A stretch of 64,000 nucleotides of DNA from assembly GCF_036365525.1 (NCBI RefSeq), contig NC_090406.1:33524623-33588622 (forward strand), written 5' to 3'. The position numbers and the translations under genes are program-made. Position 1 is the stretch's first letter. Each line of letters begins with the position of its first letter. The notes under the pieces are model-generated. The model did not search any database. It had not been told where the DNA came from and worked only from the letters and a program-made list of their open reading frames with translations. This stretch comes from Heterodontus francisci (taxonomy: Eukaryota). Positions 36,801 to 49,145 of this stretch are shown one piece after another.

Positions 36801-38163
36801 GGGAAAATATTGGAAAAAAATTCTGAAGGGCAGGATTAATCTCCACTTGGAGAGGCAGGGATTAATTAGGGATAGTCAGCATAGCTTTGTCAAGGGGAGA
36901 TCATGTCTGACTAACTTGATTGAACTTTTTGAGGAGGTGACGAAATGTGTAGATGAGGGTAAAGCAGTTGATGTAGTCTATATGGACTTCAGTAAGGCTT
37001 TTGATAAGGTCCCGCATGGAAAATTGGTTAAGAAGGTAAGAGCCCATGGGATCCAGGGAAATTTGGCAAATTGGATTCAAAATTGGCTTAGTGGCAGGAG
37101 GCAGAGGGTAATGGTCGAGGGTTGTTTTTCGAGTGGAAGCCTGTGACCAGTGGTGTACCGCAGAGATCGGTGATGGGACCCTTGCTGTTTGTAGTATACA
37201 TTAATGATTTAGACGTGAATATAGGAGGTATGATCAGTAAGTTCATAGATGACACAAAAATTAGTGGTGTCATAAATAGTGAGGAGGAAAGCCTTAGATT
37301 ACAGGATGATATCGATGGGCTGGTAAGATGGGCAGAGCAGTGGCAATTGGAATTTAATCCCGAGAAGTGTGAGGTGATGCATTTTGGGAGGACTAACAAG
37401 GCAAGGGAATATGCAATGGATGGTAGGACCCTAGGAAGTACAGAGGATCAGAGGGATCTTGGTGTACTTGTCCATAGATTACTGAAGGCAGCAGCACAGG
37501 GTAGATAAGGTGGTCAGGAAAGCATATGGGATATTTGCCTTTATTAGCAGAGGCATAGAATATAAGAGCAGGGAGGTTATGATGGAGCTGTATAAAACAC
37601 TAGTTAGGCCACAGCTGGAGTACTGTGTACAGTTCTGGTCACCACACTATAGGAAGGATGTGATTGCACTGGAGAGGGTGCAAAGGAGATTCACCAGGAT
37701 GTTGCCTGGGCTGGAGCATTTCAGTTATGAAGAGAGACTGAATAGGCTGTGGTTGTTTTCCTTAGAGCAGAGAAGGCTGAGGGGAGATGTGATTGAGGTA
37801 TACAAAATTGTGAGGGGCATTGATAGGTTAGATAGGAAGAAACTTTTTCCCTTGGTGGAGGGGTCAATAACCAGGGGGCATAGATTTAAGGTAAGATGCA
37901 GGAGGTTTAGAGGGGATTTGAGGAAAAATAAATTCACCCAGAGGGTGGTTGGAATCTGGAACACACTGCCTGAAGGGATGGTAGAGGCAGGAACCTTCAC
38001 AACATTTAAGAAGTATTTAGATGAGCACTTGAAATGCCATAACATACAAGGCTACGGGCCAAGTACTGGAAAATGGGATTAGAATAGGTAGGTGCTTCAT
38101 TGCCGGCATAGACACAATGGGCCGAAGGGCCTGTTTCTGTGCTGTATAACTCTATGACTCTAA
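33885..38163 (+). mobile_element. Near full-length CR1 LINE (ORF1 zinc-finger/coiled-coil plus SGNH esterase; ORF2 APE plus RT), inactivated
   Basis: ORF1: CSSC..CRKC, ILIGDLIVR, LPGA, VVVHIGTND, DVLHL. ORF2: YFNARS, ITETWL, GDFN, KSPGPD, DFSKAFD, FIDD. Several stops and frameshifts; tail AACTCTATGACTCTA. Confidence 0.92.
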
Positions 38164-38456
38164 GATGCAGGTCGCATCAAGCAGTGTATAACATCAAGTG
38201 GTAGTGATAGGTAAACCCAGAATATTCTGAGCAACCCAGGGAAGTAGGACACAAACTAAAATGCGAGAAAAATTATTTTCAGTAATCAATCAGGAAAAGC
38301 TTGTTTGCTCAAAGAGTGTGGAATGTTCGGAATAATCAGCCAAGCAGAGAAATAGAGATAGAAGCACTAAGATTCTTCAAACTACAATTCGATGTTGGGG
38401 TGGGAGAGCTAACATACAAAAGGCTGAGCGATGATCGGAGAGTTAAGGTACTAGAA

Positions 38457-39686
38457 CAGGGCTGGGAAAACTATGGCCTGCGGGCCATATCTGGCCAGAG
38501 GGAGCTGTCCATCCTGTCCTCGAGCTGCATTGCGTTATACCTCGGGAGTTGTAGTCCATCACATTCACCTCTGCCATTGGGGAGCTGGACATTGTGAACT
38601 ACAACTCCAAGTGAGCCTTGTGCTGCTGGGCCTTATCCTCTGGCGGAGCTGCAAATGGCTGTTGGGATTTTGGCAGGATTTTCGTGACGGCAGCACCTCG
38701 GATGCTCCCTGAGGAGAAAATGTTTTATTTTGAGGATGAAATTCATAATGAAATTAAATTCTGAGGGGAATGATGGAGAGTGAAGTAGATTTGGGTGGAA
38801 AACGCCTGTGCGGATGTGAGTGGAAAGATGTGAGCGTGCTGTTAAACAACAAGTTTGTCAGAGATTTCCCTCACTCACATTATTCTGTCTGCTACAAATC
38901 ATTATTATCATTCTATGTGGTTTAGTTTATTTTCAGCAGAAGCCGTTGTCCATGTCTTTTTCTTTGCAGGAAACTGCTGCTAACTTTTGGAGTTGAGTTG
39001 CCAACTCTCCCAGGTGCTGCTGTCAGCAAACCTTAGCAAGTTAATTTCGGGCATTACAAAACTAGAATTTTTGTTTTAGTTTTCTTTGAACACTTTTGTT
39101 TTGTAATTGTTAAGGATATTTGTGATGTGGGGCAGGGCTGTTGGAGGCAGGAAGTTTTCTTTGTGATGGTAGCTCCTGGAATCGAGAATTACTGATGATT
39201 CGACAAAGCTAATTGCAGATTTAAATGTAAAGAAACCATCAATAAATGGGAAAACAACCAAACTTTTATGTAGTGCAGAAAGGTTTTAGATATGATAACA
39301 TTTAGGTGCTGACAGAAGCAATACAGTTGTGTGGTAAAATCAACAAACAACTCAATGATGCAATTTTCAAACAGTGCATTGTTCAACATTATTATTTTAA
39401 CACGGAAAGTGCTGGAAATACTCAGCAGGTCTGGCAGCATCTGTGGAGAGAGAAACAGAGTTAACGTTTCAGTTCTGATAAAAGATCAGAATTTAATTCC
39501 AGCACTTTCTGTTTTTATTTCAGATTTACAGCATCTGCAGTATTTTGCTTTTATTATTTTAACACAAAACAAAATGGCGTTGTCCTTGTTTGAATATGAA
39601 TTGTTCGTTTCTTGTGCATTTATGGCCCACCATACAATTTCCATACCCAAATGTGGCCCTCAGGCCAAAAAGTTTGCCAACTCCTG
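38457..39686. mobile_element. Non-autonomous hAT (Charlie-like) DNA transposon
   Basis: Imperfect TIRs CAGGGCTGGGAAAACTATGGCCTG and CAGGCCAAAAAGTTTGCCAACTCCTG; perfect 8-bp TSD TACTAGAA at 38449-38456 and 39687-39694. Confidence 0.85.
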
Positions 39687-40424
39687 TACTAGAAGGATGG
39701 GCTTTGACTTGAGAGTTATTGTATAAGAACGATGGACTTCAATGAATGGATTACTGTATGACCTACATGTGTTTCATTGGGAATGAAGTGCAATAGGGAT
39801 GTGCTTCAATAGGCCAAATTACATTATTCTCAACTTTGCAATCTTTATTCTGTTTATGATCCTCTGCGATCACACTCTGTATTTTGGAAGCAAGAACAGA
39901 TTTTGAAGAACTTGGTTTTGATTGCCTTCAATTGTGCTTGAAATGTAAATTTGTTTTTAGTCAACTAAAAGCCTAGACTTCACAATTCATGTGGTCACAT
40001 CATTGATGTGTCCTTTACACATAAAAACAGGGAGAGGCTCTGCTGAGTGTCCCAAAGTCTGACAGTGCCTGGATGTATAAACTGAAGGCATTGAAGCTGG
40101 GGTATGATAAATAACGGAAGACACCGTCATTGAGGTCTAGGGGCTTTGTGTTCCTCAAGGTGGAGAATGGCAGTGCTGGGTAGTCTTGCTTTTGTCTCAC
40201 TGCCAGCATCAAGCATTTTCAGCTCAGGTCCAGCAGATATCAGTTGCAGGGTAACATCTCCTGGCTGCAACACTCGATCACCTGACAAGCAAACACTAAT
40301 TTTTCTGCTCAAGAGATTCAGTGGGTCTAATTTGTTTTGTTATTTTTCCCTCTATCTCTCCCCTCCTCTCCAAAGATGCTGAGGGTAGGGTGAATTCCTC
40401 AGGCACTAGCAGCTCACCCTTGAA

Positions 40425-40830
40425 ATAAAGAAAGAACTTGCATTTATCTAGCACCTTTCACTACCCTAAGATAGCCAAAAGCACTTTACAACCATATGAA
40501 GTACTTTTGAAATGTAGCAAACGCGGCAGCTAATTAGTGCACGGCAAGATCCCACAAACCAAAAGACCAGTTCATCTGATTAAGGTGTTGGATAAATATT
40601 GGTGAGAATACTAGGAGAACTCTCCTGCTTTTCCTCAAATATTGCCCTGGAATATTTTATGTTGACCTGACAGGGTACAGATGGCCTTCGTTTAAATGCC
40701 TCTTCTGAAAGATGACACCTCTGACCGTGCACCATTCCATCAGTACTGCACTGAAGTGCCAGCCTAGATTATGTGCTCAATTCTCTGGAACCCATGACCT
40801 TCTAATTCAGAGGCGAGAGAGAGACCCCTG
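40425..40830 (-). mobile_element. Deu-domain SINE
   Basis: AAAGAACTTGCATTTAT..GCAAGATCCCACAAAC..GATAAATATTGG..GTACTGCACTGAAGTG.CAGCCTAGATT. Confidence 0.75.
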
Positions 40831-41408
40831 AGCTGTGGCAGTCCTCCCTTACTTTATGAATGGTCATTCTTGAAAGTGTCAGTAGGATGATGAAGCATGA
40901 AGAGCATTGCTGCCAAGTCCCAGTCCTCTCCTTACCCAATGCCCACATGTATGCAATTCCAGCAAGGATCCCTGGACAACATGGTCCCAGACTGACTTCC
41001 ATCTCCCAGACCTAGGGGCACTGAGGCCAAATGCAGCATCCCTTCCTCTCCCCCTCCCTACTGGGGTGAGATCAACTGACTTGAACTCAGAACTGAGGAT
41101 CTTCCAGGGATGTGAGGCTTCTGTATCCATTTACTGCTGAGGCACCAAGGCAAGTAGTAACTTGCTGTTGGAGACCTCTTTGATATTGTAAGCTGCATCA
41201 TCAGACTAACTCCCTGTCAATGGACTGTGAGCAGACACAGGCCATACTTTACAGGGAAAGGAGTCAAGGGAAAACTTGTAGATTTAACTCAACTGGTTCT
41301 CCACGGTTACATCCAACTGACTGCCTGAAAGAGCATGACCAAATGGTGACCTCAATAAATAAACAGGTAGAGGTGTACTTATTTCCCTGTTATCAATTTT
41401 GAACCCAG

Positions 41409-41505
41409 ATTAATGGAGTCACAACTGCTGACCGTGGGAACTACTGCTGTCACGTGTTCAATCTTTATCATGAGGTCTGGAGCAAGGTCATTGCTGTGGA
41501 GATTG
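41409..41505 (+). CDS. malt3: Paracaspase coding exon 6 (Ig2 second half)
   Basis: INGVTTADRGNYCCHVFNLYHEVWSKVIAVEIG contains the Ig DxGxYxC motif; 97 nt; G|GTAAGT donor. Confidence 0.9.
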
Positions 41506-41814
41506 GTAAGTTCAATACAATTAACTGTCCTTCTGGAAAAAATTGTCTTCTCAGTTTGCTCCCCTCTTCTCCTTAAAGATGCTGACTCATACTGAGGTAC
41601 GGTTTCATAACTGCTATCTACCACCTGTAACCTCTCCAGTGAGTGGCAGTCGGCTATTTGACCAGGCCTTCCTGTTGAGGCCCATCTTATCCTCACCTGA
41701 CATGAACAAACATGGCAGGGGTCACTTAACACAGCCCTAGGGGTGTTGAGGCTAATTGCAGCATCCCTACTGCTGACCTGGCTATGATTAGCTAACTGTA
41801 AGTTATGGTAGCCT

Positions 41815-42320
41815 AGTGTGATGGAATACTCTCCACTTGCCTGGATGGGTGCAGCTCCAGCAACACTCAAGAAGCTCAGCAGCCTCCAGGACAAAGCAGC
41901 CCACTTGATTGGCACCCCAATCCACCACCTTAAACATTCACTCCCTCCACCACCGACGCTCAGTGGCAGCAGTGTGTACCATCTACAAGATGCACTGCAG
42001 CAACTCATTGTGTCTCCTTCAACAGCACCTTCCAAACCCGCAACCTCTACCATCTAGAAGGACAAGGGCAGCAGATGCATGGGAACATCACCACCTGCAA
42101 GTTCCCCTCCAAGCCACACACCATCCTGAATTGGAACTATATCGCCGTTCCTTCACTGTCATTGGGTCAAAAACCTGAAACTCCCTGTGGTGTACCTGCA
42201 CTACATGAACTGTCGTGGTTCAAGAACATGACTAACCACCACCTTCCCAAGGGCAATTAGAGAAGGGAAACAAATGCTGGCCTTGCCAGCGATGCTCAAA
42301 TCCCATGAACAAATTTAAAA
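41815..42320 (+). mobile_element. 3' fragment of a CR1/Jockey-group LINE
   Basis: MEYSPLAWMGAAPATLKKL..QDKAAHLIG and HSLHHRRSVAAVCTIYKMHC; same tail as 62400-62882. Confidence 0.8.
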
Positions 42321-42785
42321 AGTGGTTATGTGAAGAGATTTGCAACCCAGAGCTTGGGAGCTCAATTCCTCTCATGGCAAGTTGTGAAATTCAATTCAAT
42401 GCAAATGTTGATATTTGTGGGCTTTTACCAGTGTTCACGATTGTTGTAAAAATCCCAACCTCTTCAGTAATGCCCATCAGAAAAGGGAGCCTGCCACCTG
42501 TACCCAGTCTGATCACCATATCATTGACTATTAATGCCCTCTACTGTGGCCTAGCAAATCACTTACATTGTAAACAATTGCTGTCAAGTTCAGTGATAAA
42601 CACTATCGTCACTCCTTAGATCAACCAGGGTGGTAAGTGACTTTGCTAGTGTTGCCTGCATCATGAGAAATTTAAAAAAAAGCACAGACTGGGGAATTGA
42701 CCCTGGGATCTTTTATTTTAACAAAGCTGCACTGTTGTCACGGTTACTGCTGTCACATGTTCATATTTCTTCTCTTTCCTTTAAG

Positions 42786-42833
42786 GACCCAATACTTCCT
42801 TCAATGAGGCATTCCTTGTGGGCACTGATAAAG
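42786..42833 (+). CDS. malt3: Paracaspase small linker exon (48 nt, phase 1-1)
   Basis: Pyrimidine tract plus AAG acceptor; GPNTSFNEAFLVGTDK; AAG|GTAATG donor; frame-preserving. Called from splice signals only. Confidence 0.62.
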
Positions 42834-42874
42834 GTAATGTTTTCAGAATGGCTTTTGCAAAACTCAATGCCTCT

Positions 42875-43250
42875 ATCTCACATCAAGTGCCAATTACCCT
42901 AAACCTCCATGCTCGCTGACCTACATTGGCTCACAGTCTCTCAGGGCCTCAAATTAAATGTTTTACCCTCATGTATAAATCCCCGTAAGGCCTCACCCCT
43001 CCCACTCTCTGTTTCCTGCTCCAGCCCTTCAACCCTCTGAACCGTCTGCGTTCCTATAATTCTGGTTGTTATATATCTGCCACCTCTTTCGCCCTAATGT
43101 TGGTGGCTGTGCCTTCAGACTTCCAGGCCCTAAGCTCTGAAATTTCCTCCCTAAATCTCCACACCACCCTCTCCACCTTTAAACTCAGTACTTTGACCAA
43201 ATTTCTAGTCACCAATCCTAACTTTTTTCTTTGCCTTGGCATCTGGATTT
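42875..43250 (+). mobile_element. L2 3' fragment
   Basis: ATGCTCGCTGACCTACATTGGCTC..TGGTGGCTGTGCCTTCAG..CCCTAAGCTCTG matches 57457-57790. Confidence 0.7.
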
Positions 43251-43252
43251 AC

Positions 43253-46200
43253 TGTGGTGATCTTGGTGTTGGGTTTGTATTTACTGTGGGTGATCTTGGT
43301 GTTGGGTTTGTATTTATTGGGGGTGATCTTGCTGTTGAGTTTGTATTTATTGGGGGTGATCTTGGTGTTGGGTTTGTATTTATTGGGGATGATCTTGGTG
43401 TTGGGTTTGTATTTATTGAAGATGATCCTGGTGTTGGGTTTGTATTTATTGGAAAATATCTTGTTGGGTTTGTATTTATTGGGGGTGATCTTGGTGTTGG
43501 GTTTGTATTTATTGGGGATGATCTTGGTGTTGGGTTTGTATTTATTGGGGGTGATCTTGGTGTTGAGTTTGTATTTATTGGGGATGATCTTGGTGTTGGG
43601 TTTGTATTTATTGGGGATGATCTTGGTGTTGGGTTTGTATTTATTGGGGGTGATCTTGGTGTTGAGTTTGTATTTATTGGGGATGATCTTGGTGTTGGGT
43701 TTGTATTTATTGAGGACGAACTTGGTGTTGGGTTTGTATTTATTGGGGATGATCTTGGTGTTGGGTTTGTATTTACTGGGGGTGATTTTGATGTTGGGTT
43801 TGTATTTACTGGGGATGATCTTGGTGTTGGGTTTGTATTTATTGGAAAATATCTTGTTGGGTTTGTATTTATTGGGGGTGATCTTGGTGTTGAGTTTGTA
43901 TTTATTGGGGATGATCTTGGTGTTGGGTTTGTATTTATTGAGGACGAACTTGGTGTTGGGTTTGTATTTATTGGGGATGATCTTGGTGTTGGGTTTGTAT
44001 TTACTGGGGGTGATTTTGATGTTGGGTTTGTATTTACTGGGGATGATCTTGGTGTTGGGTTTGTATTTATTGGGGATGATCTTGGTGTTGGGTTTGTATT
44101 TACTGGGGGTGATTTTGATGTTGGGTTTGTATTTACTGGGGATGATCTTGGTGTTGGGTTTGTATTTATTGGGGATGATCTTGGTGTTGGGTTTGTATTT
44201 ATTGGGGATGATCTTGGTGTTGGGTTTGTATTTATTGGGGATGATCTTGGTGTTGAGTTTGTATTTATTGGGGATGATCTTGGTGTTGGGTTTGTATTTA
44301 TTGAGGACGAACTTGGTGTTGGGTTTGTATTTATTGGGGATGATCTTGGTGTTGGGTTTGTATTTACTGGGGGTGATTTTGATGTTGGGTTTGTATTTAC
44401 TGGGGATGATCTTGGTGTTGGGTTTGTATTTATTGGGGATGATCTTGGTGTTGGGTTTGTATTTACTGGGGGTGATTTTGATGTTGGGTTTGTATTTACT
44501 GGGGATGATCTTGGTGTTGGGTTTGTATTTATTGGGGATGATCTTGGTGTTGGGTTTGTATTTATTGGGGGTGATCTTGGTGTTGAGTTTGTATTTATTG
44601 GGGATGATCTTGGTGTTGGGTTTGTATTTATTGAGGACGAACTTGGTGTTGGGTTTGTATTTATTGGGGATGATCTTGGTGTTGGGTTTGTATTTACTGG
44701 GGGTGATTTTGATGTTGGGTTTGTATTTACTGGGGATGATCTTGGTGTTGGGTTTGTATTTATTGGGGATGATCTTGGTGTTGGGTTTGTATTTACTGGG
44801 GGTGATTTTGATGTTGGGTTTGTATTTACTGGGGATGATCTTGGTGTTGGGTTTGTATTTATTGGGGATGATCTTGGTGTTGGGTTTGTATTTATTGGGG
44901 ATGATCTTGGTGTTGGGTTTGTATTTATTGGGGATGATCTTGGTGTTGGGTTTGGATTTACTGGGGGTGATTTTGATGTTGGGTTTGTATTTATTGGGGA
45001 TGATCTTGGTGTTGGGTTTGGATTTACTGGGGATGATCTTGGTGTTGGGATTGTATTTATTGGGGATGATCTTGGTGTTGGGTTTGTATTTATTGGGGAT
45101 GATCTTGGTGTTGGGTTTGGATTTACTGGGGGTGATTTTGATGTTGGGTTTGTATTTATTGGGGATGATCTTGGTGTTGGGTTTGTATTTATTGGGGATG
45201 ATCTTGGTGTTGGGTTTGTATTTATTGGGGATGATCTTGGTGTTGGGATTGTATTTATTGGGGATGATCTTGGTGTTGGGTTTGTATTTATTGGGGATGA
45301 TCTTGGTGTTGGGATTGTATTTATTGGGGATGATCTTGGTGTTGGGTTTGTATTTATTGGGGATGATCTTGGTGTTGGGTTTGTATTTATTGGGGATGAT
45401 CTTGGTGTTGGGTTTGTATTTACTGGGGGTGATTTTGATGTTGGGTTTGTATTTATTGGGGATGATCTTGGTGTTGGGATTGTATTTATTGGGGATGATC
45501 TTGGTGTTGGGTTTGTATTTATTGGGGATGATCTTGGTGTTGGGATTGTATTTATTGGGGATGATCTTGGTGTTGGGTTTGTATTTATTGAGGACGAACT
45601 TGGTGTTGGGTTTGTATTTATTGGGGATGATCTTGGTGTTGGGTTTGTATTTACTGGGGATGATCTTGGTGTTGGGTTTGTATTTATTGGGGATGATCTT
45701 GGTGTTGGGTTTGTATTTACTGGGGGTGATTTTGATGTTGGGTTTGTATTTATTGGGGATGATCTTGGTGTTGGGATTGTATTTATTGGGGATGATCTTG
45801 GTGTTGGGTTTGTATTTACTGGGGGTGATTTTGATGTTGGGATTGTATTTACTGGGGATGATCTTGGTGTTGGGTTTGTATTTACTGGGGGTGATTTTGA
45901 TGTTGGGTTTGTATTTATTGGGGATGATCTTGGTGTTGGGTTTGTATTTACTGGGGATGATCTTGGTGTTGGGATTGTATTTATTGGGGATGATCTTGGT
46001 GTTGGGTTTGTATTTACTGGGGGTGATTTTGATGTTGGGTTTGTATTTATTGGGGATGATCTTGGTGTTGGGATTGTATTTATTGGGGATGATCTTGGTG
46101 TTGGGTTTGTATTTATTGGGGATGATCTTGGTGTTGGGATTGTATTTATTGGGGATGATCTTGGTGTTGGGTTTGTATTTATTGAGGACGAACTTGGTGT

Positions 46201-46740
46201 TGGGTTTGTATTTATTGAGGACGAACTTGGTGTTGGGTTTGTATTTATTGGGGATGATCTTGGTGTTGGGTTTGTATTTACTGGGGATGATCTTGGTGTT
46301 GGGATTGTATTTATTGGGGATGATCTTGGTGTTGGGTTTGTATTTACTGGGGGTGATTTTGATGTTGGGTTTGTATTTATTGGGGATGATCTTGGTGTTG
46401 GGATTGTATTTATTGGGGATGATCTTGGTGTTGGGTTTGTATTTATTGGGGATGATCTTGGTGTTGGGATTGTATTTATTGGGGATGATCTTGGTGTTGG
46501 GTTTGTATTTATTGAGGACGAACTTGGTGTTGGGTTTGTATTTATTGGGGATGATCTTGGTGTTGGGTTTGTATTTATTGGGGATGATCTTGGTGTTGGG
46601 TTTGTATTTATTGGGGATGATCTTGGTGTTGGGTTTGTATTTACTGGGGATGATCTTGGTGTTGGGTTTGTATTTATTGGGGATGATCTTGGTGTTGGGT
46701 TTGTATTTATTGGTAAAGGTGCTCTTGGTGTTGGGTTTCT
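43253..46740. repeat. 33-bp GT-rich minisatellite (GGGGATGATCTTGGTGTTGGGTTTGTATTTATT), about 105 units
   Basis: Directly visible tandem array with recurring variant units. Confidence 0.98.
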
Positions 46741-46899
46741 GTGCAACTGTAACTTTTCAATTTAACGAACCCATGATCTATATATTAGCGTTTGTAATTC
46801 AACCAGTCACAAGCCATTATTTCATATGCAAATAATTGAGCCAGCTTTTGATTGTCTGAAACCATCGAGGGCAGCATATTAGTAAGAGATATGTGCAAT

Positions 46900-48300
46900 G
46901 GGTCAGTGCGGTCAGTGTCGGTCAGATCCCCGGTCAGTGACAGTCTGAATATTGGTCAGTGATGGTCTGAATGTCAATTAGTGACGGTCTGAACCATGGT
47001 CAGTGTCGATCCGAACCCCGGTCAGTGACGGTCTGAATATTGGTCAGTGTCAGTCTGAACCCTGGTCAGTGTCGATCCGAACCCCGGTCAGTGACGGTCT
47101 GAATGTTGGTCAGTGTCAGTCTGAACTCTGGTCAGTGTCGGTCAGAACCCTGGTCAGTGACAGTCTGAATGTTGGTCAGTGTCAGTCTGAACCCTGGTCA
47201 GTGTCGATCCGAACCCCGGTCAGTGACAGTCTGAACTCTGGTCAGTGTCGGTCAGAACCCTGGTCAGTGACGGTCTGAATGTCGGTCAGTGTCGATCAGA
47301 ACCCTGGTCAGTGATAGTCTGAATGTCGGTCAGTGTCAGTCTGAACCCTGGTCAGTGTCGATCCGAACCCCGGTCAGTGACAGTCTGAATGTCGGTCAGT
47401 GTCAGTCTGAACCCTGGTCAGTGTCGATCCGAACTCCGGTCAGTGACAGTCTGAATGTCGGTCAGTGTCGGTCAGAACCCTGGTCAGTGACAGTCTGAAT
47501 GTCGGTCAGTGTCGGTCAGAACCCCGGTCAGTGACGGTCAGAACCCTGGTCCGTGTCGATCCGAACCCCGGTCAGTGACGGTCTGAACTCTGGTCAGTGT
47601 CGGTCAGAACCCTGGTCAGTGACAGTCTGAACGTTGGTCAGTGTCAGTCTGAACCCTGGTCAGTGTCGATCCGAACTCCGGTCAGTGACAGTCTGAATGT
47701 CGGTCAGTGTCAGTCTGAACCCTGGTCAGTGTCGATCCGAACCCCGGTTAGTGACAGTCTGAATGTCGGTCAGTGTCGGTCAGAACCCTGGTCAGTGACA
47801 GTCTGAATGTTGGTCAGTGTCAGTCTGAACCCTGGTCAGTGTCGATCCGAACCCCGGTCAGTGACAGTCTGAATGTCGGTCAGTGTCAGTCTGAACCCTG
47901 GTCAGTGTCGATCCGAACCCCGGTCAGTGACAGTCTGAATGTCGGTCAGTGTCGGTCAGAACCCCGGTCAGTGACAGTCTGAATGTCGGTCAGTGTCGGT
48001 CAGAACCCTGGTCAGTGACAGTCTGAATGTCGGTCAGTGTCGGTCAGAACCCTGGTCAGTGACAGTCTGAATGTCGGTCAGTGTCGGTCAGAACCCCGGT
48101 CAGTGACGGTCTGAACTCTGATCTGTGAGCGTCTGATTGTCAGTCAGTGACGATCTGAATATTGGTCAGTATCGGTCTGAATCCTGGTCAGTGATGATCC
48201 GAATCCCGGTCAGTGACAGTCTGAATGTCGGTCAGTGTCGGTCAGAACCCCGGTCAGTGACGGGCTGAATCCTGGTCAGTGATGATCCGAACCGCAGTCT
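46900..48300. repeat. 22-bp-unit satellite (GGTCAGTG-N14) with 44/66/88-bp higher-order structure
   Basis: Alternating GGTCAGTGTCGATCCGAACCCC, GGTCAGTGACAGTCTGAATGTC, GGTCAGTGTCAGTCTGAACCCT and GGTCAGTGTCGGTCAGAACCCT units. Confidence 0.95.
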
Positions 48301-48370
48301 GTGACTGTCCATTTTGTTTTCTATCTCTTCAGTGAAAAATCAGTTGACTTTGTGCTGCATTTTCCCACAG

Positions 48371-48424
48371 GTTCCAGCCCAGGACCACAACTGAAGGCTA
48401 TCCATTGTTCTACAGATTTCTACG
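48371..48424 (+). CDS. malt3: Paracaspase small linker exon (54 nt, phase 1-1)
   Basis: TTTTCCCACAG acceptor; GSSPGPQLKAIHCSTDFY(A) joins TDKVALL; G|GTAAAT donor. Confidence 0.72.
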
Positions 48425-48749
48425 GTAAATTTGCAGAGTTTTCAAATTAGTTTTGTATTTTTTTTACAGAAAGAGCACTGGACGCTGATTATTGTGTGAG
48501 CCTAGACAGTAGGTGCTAGCAGAATATTTGACCTTGGGACATTGGGTCTGATCCTGCTGCCCACATGCCCACTCGCCAGTGGGTCACTGGGTAATCATTT
48601 GAGTCACGCTGCCTGGGCAGTGGCTACACTGAGAACAGTCTCAGGCCAGATGGATAAAAACATGGGATAATACAGGAAAAACAGAAAAGGGTTACCTAAC
48701 CATTTCCCCCGCCCCTCCCACCTTCCATATAAAAACAACCAAATAAAAC

Positions 48750-49145
48750 AAAGACTTGCTTTTATAAAGTGCTTTTTATAACCACCGGATGTCCCAAAGC
48801 ATCTTACAGCCAATGAAATACTTTTCCTTTTGAAGTGTTGTCACTGTGATAATGTAAGAAATGCGACAGCTAAATTTCACACAGCAAGATCCCACAAACT
48901 TCAATGTAATAATGATCAAATAATTATTTTTAATGATGTTGATTGAGGGATAAATATTGGCCAGGACACCGGGGAGAATTCACTTGCTCTTCTGCAAATA
49001 GTGCCTGAGAGCTTTCATGTCCACCTGAGAGGGTAGATGGGGCCTCAGTTTATTGGCTCACCTGACAGACGGCACCTCTAACAGTGCAGCACTCCCTAAG
49101 TGCTGCACTGGAGTGTCAGCCTAGATTTTTGTGCTTAAGTTTCTG
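48750..49145 (-). mobile_element. Deu-domain SINE (SacSINE1-like)
   Basis: GAGGGATAAATATTGGCCAGGACACCGGGGAGAA..GACGGCACCTC..CAGTGCAGCACTCCC..GTGTCAGCCTAGATT. Confidence 0.8.

Noticed and set aside
40160-40250. Candidate Ig2 second-half exon (AAG|GTGGAG..CAGG|GTAAC)
   Set aside because: It contains an in-frame TAG and lacks DxGxYxC; the true exon is 41409-41505.
43097-46835. ORFs of 1222, 1199 and 1165 aa (GDDLGVGFVFI / LLGMILVLGLY / mucin-like PINTNPTPRSS repeats)
   Set aside because: By-products of a 33-bp intronic minisatellite that is stop-free in several frames at once; no unique domain and no sign of codon-level selection.
46900-48300. CRISPR-like regular repeat
   Set aside because: The intervening sequences are themselves repeated with no unique spacers, there are no cas genes, and the context is a vertebrate intron.
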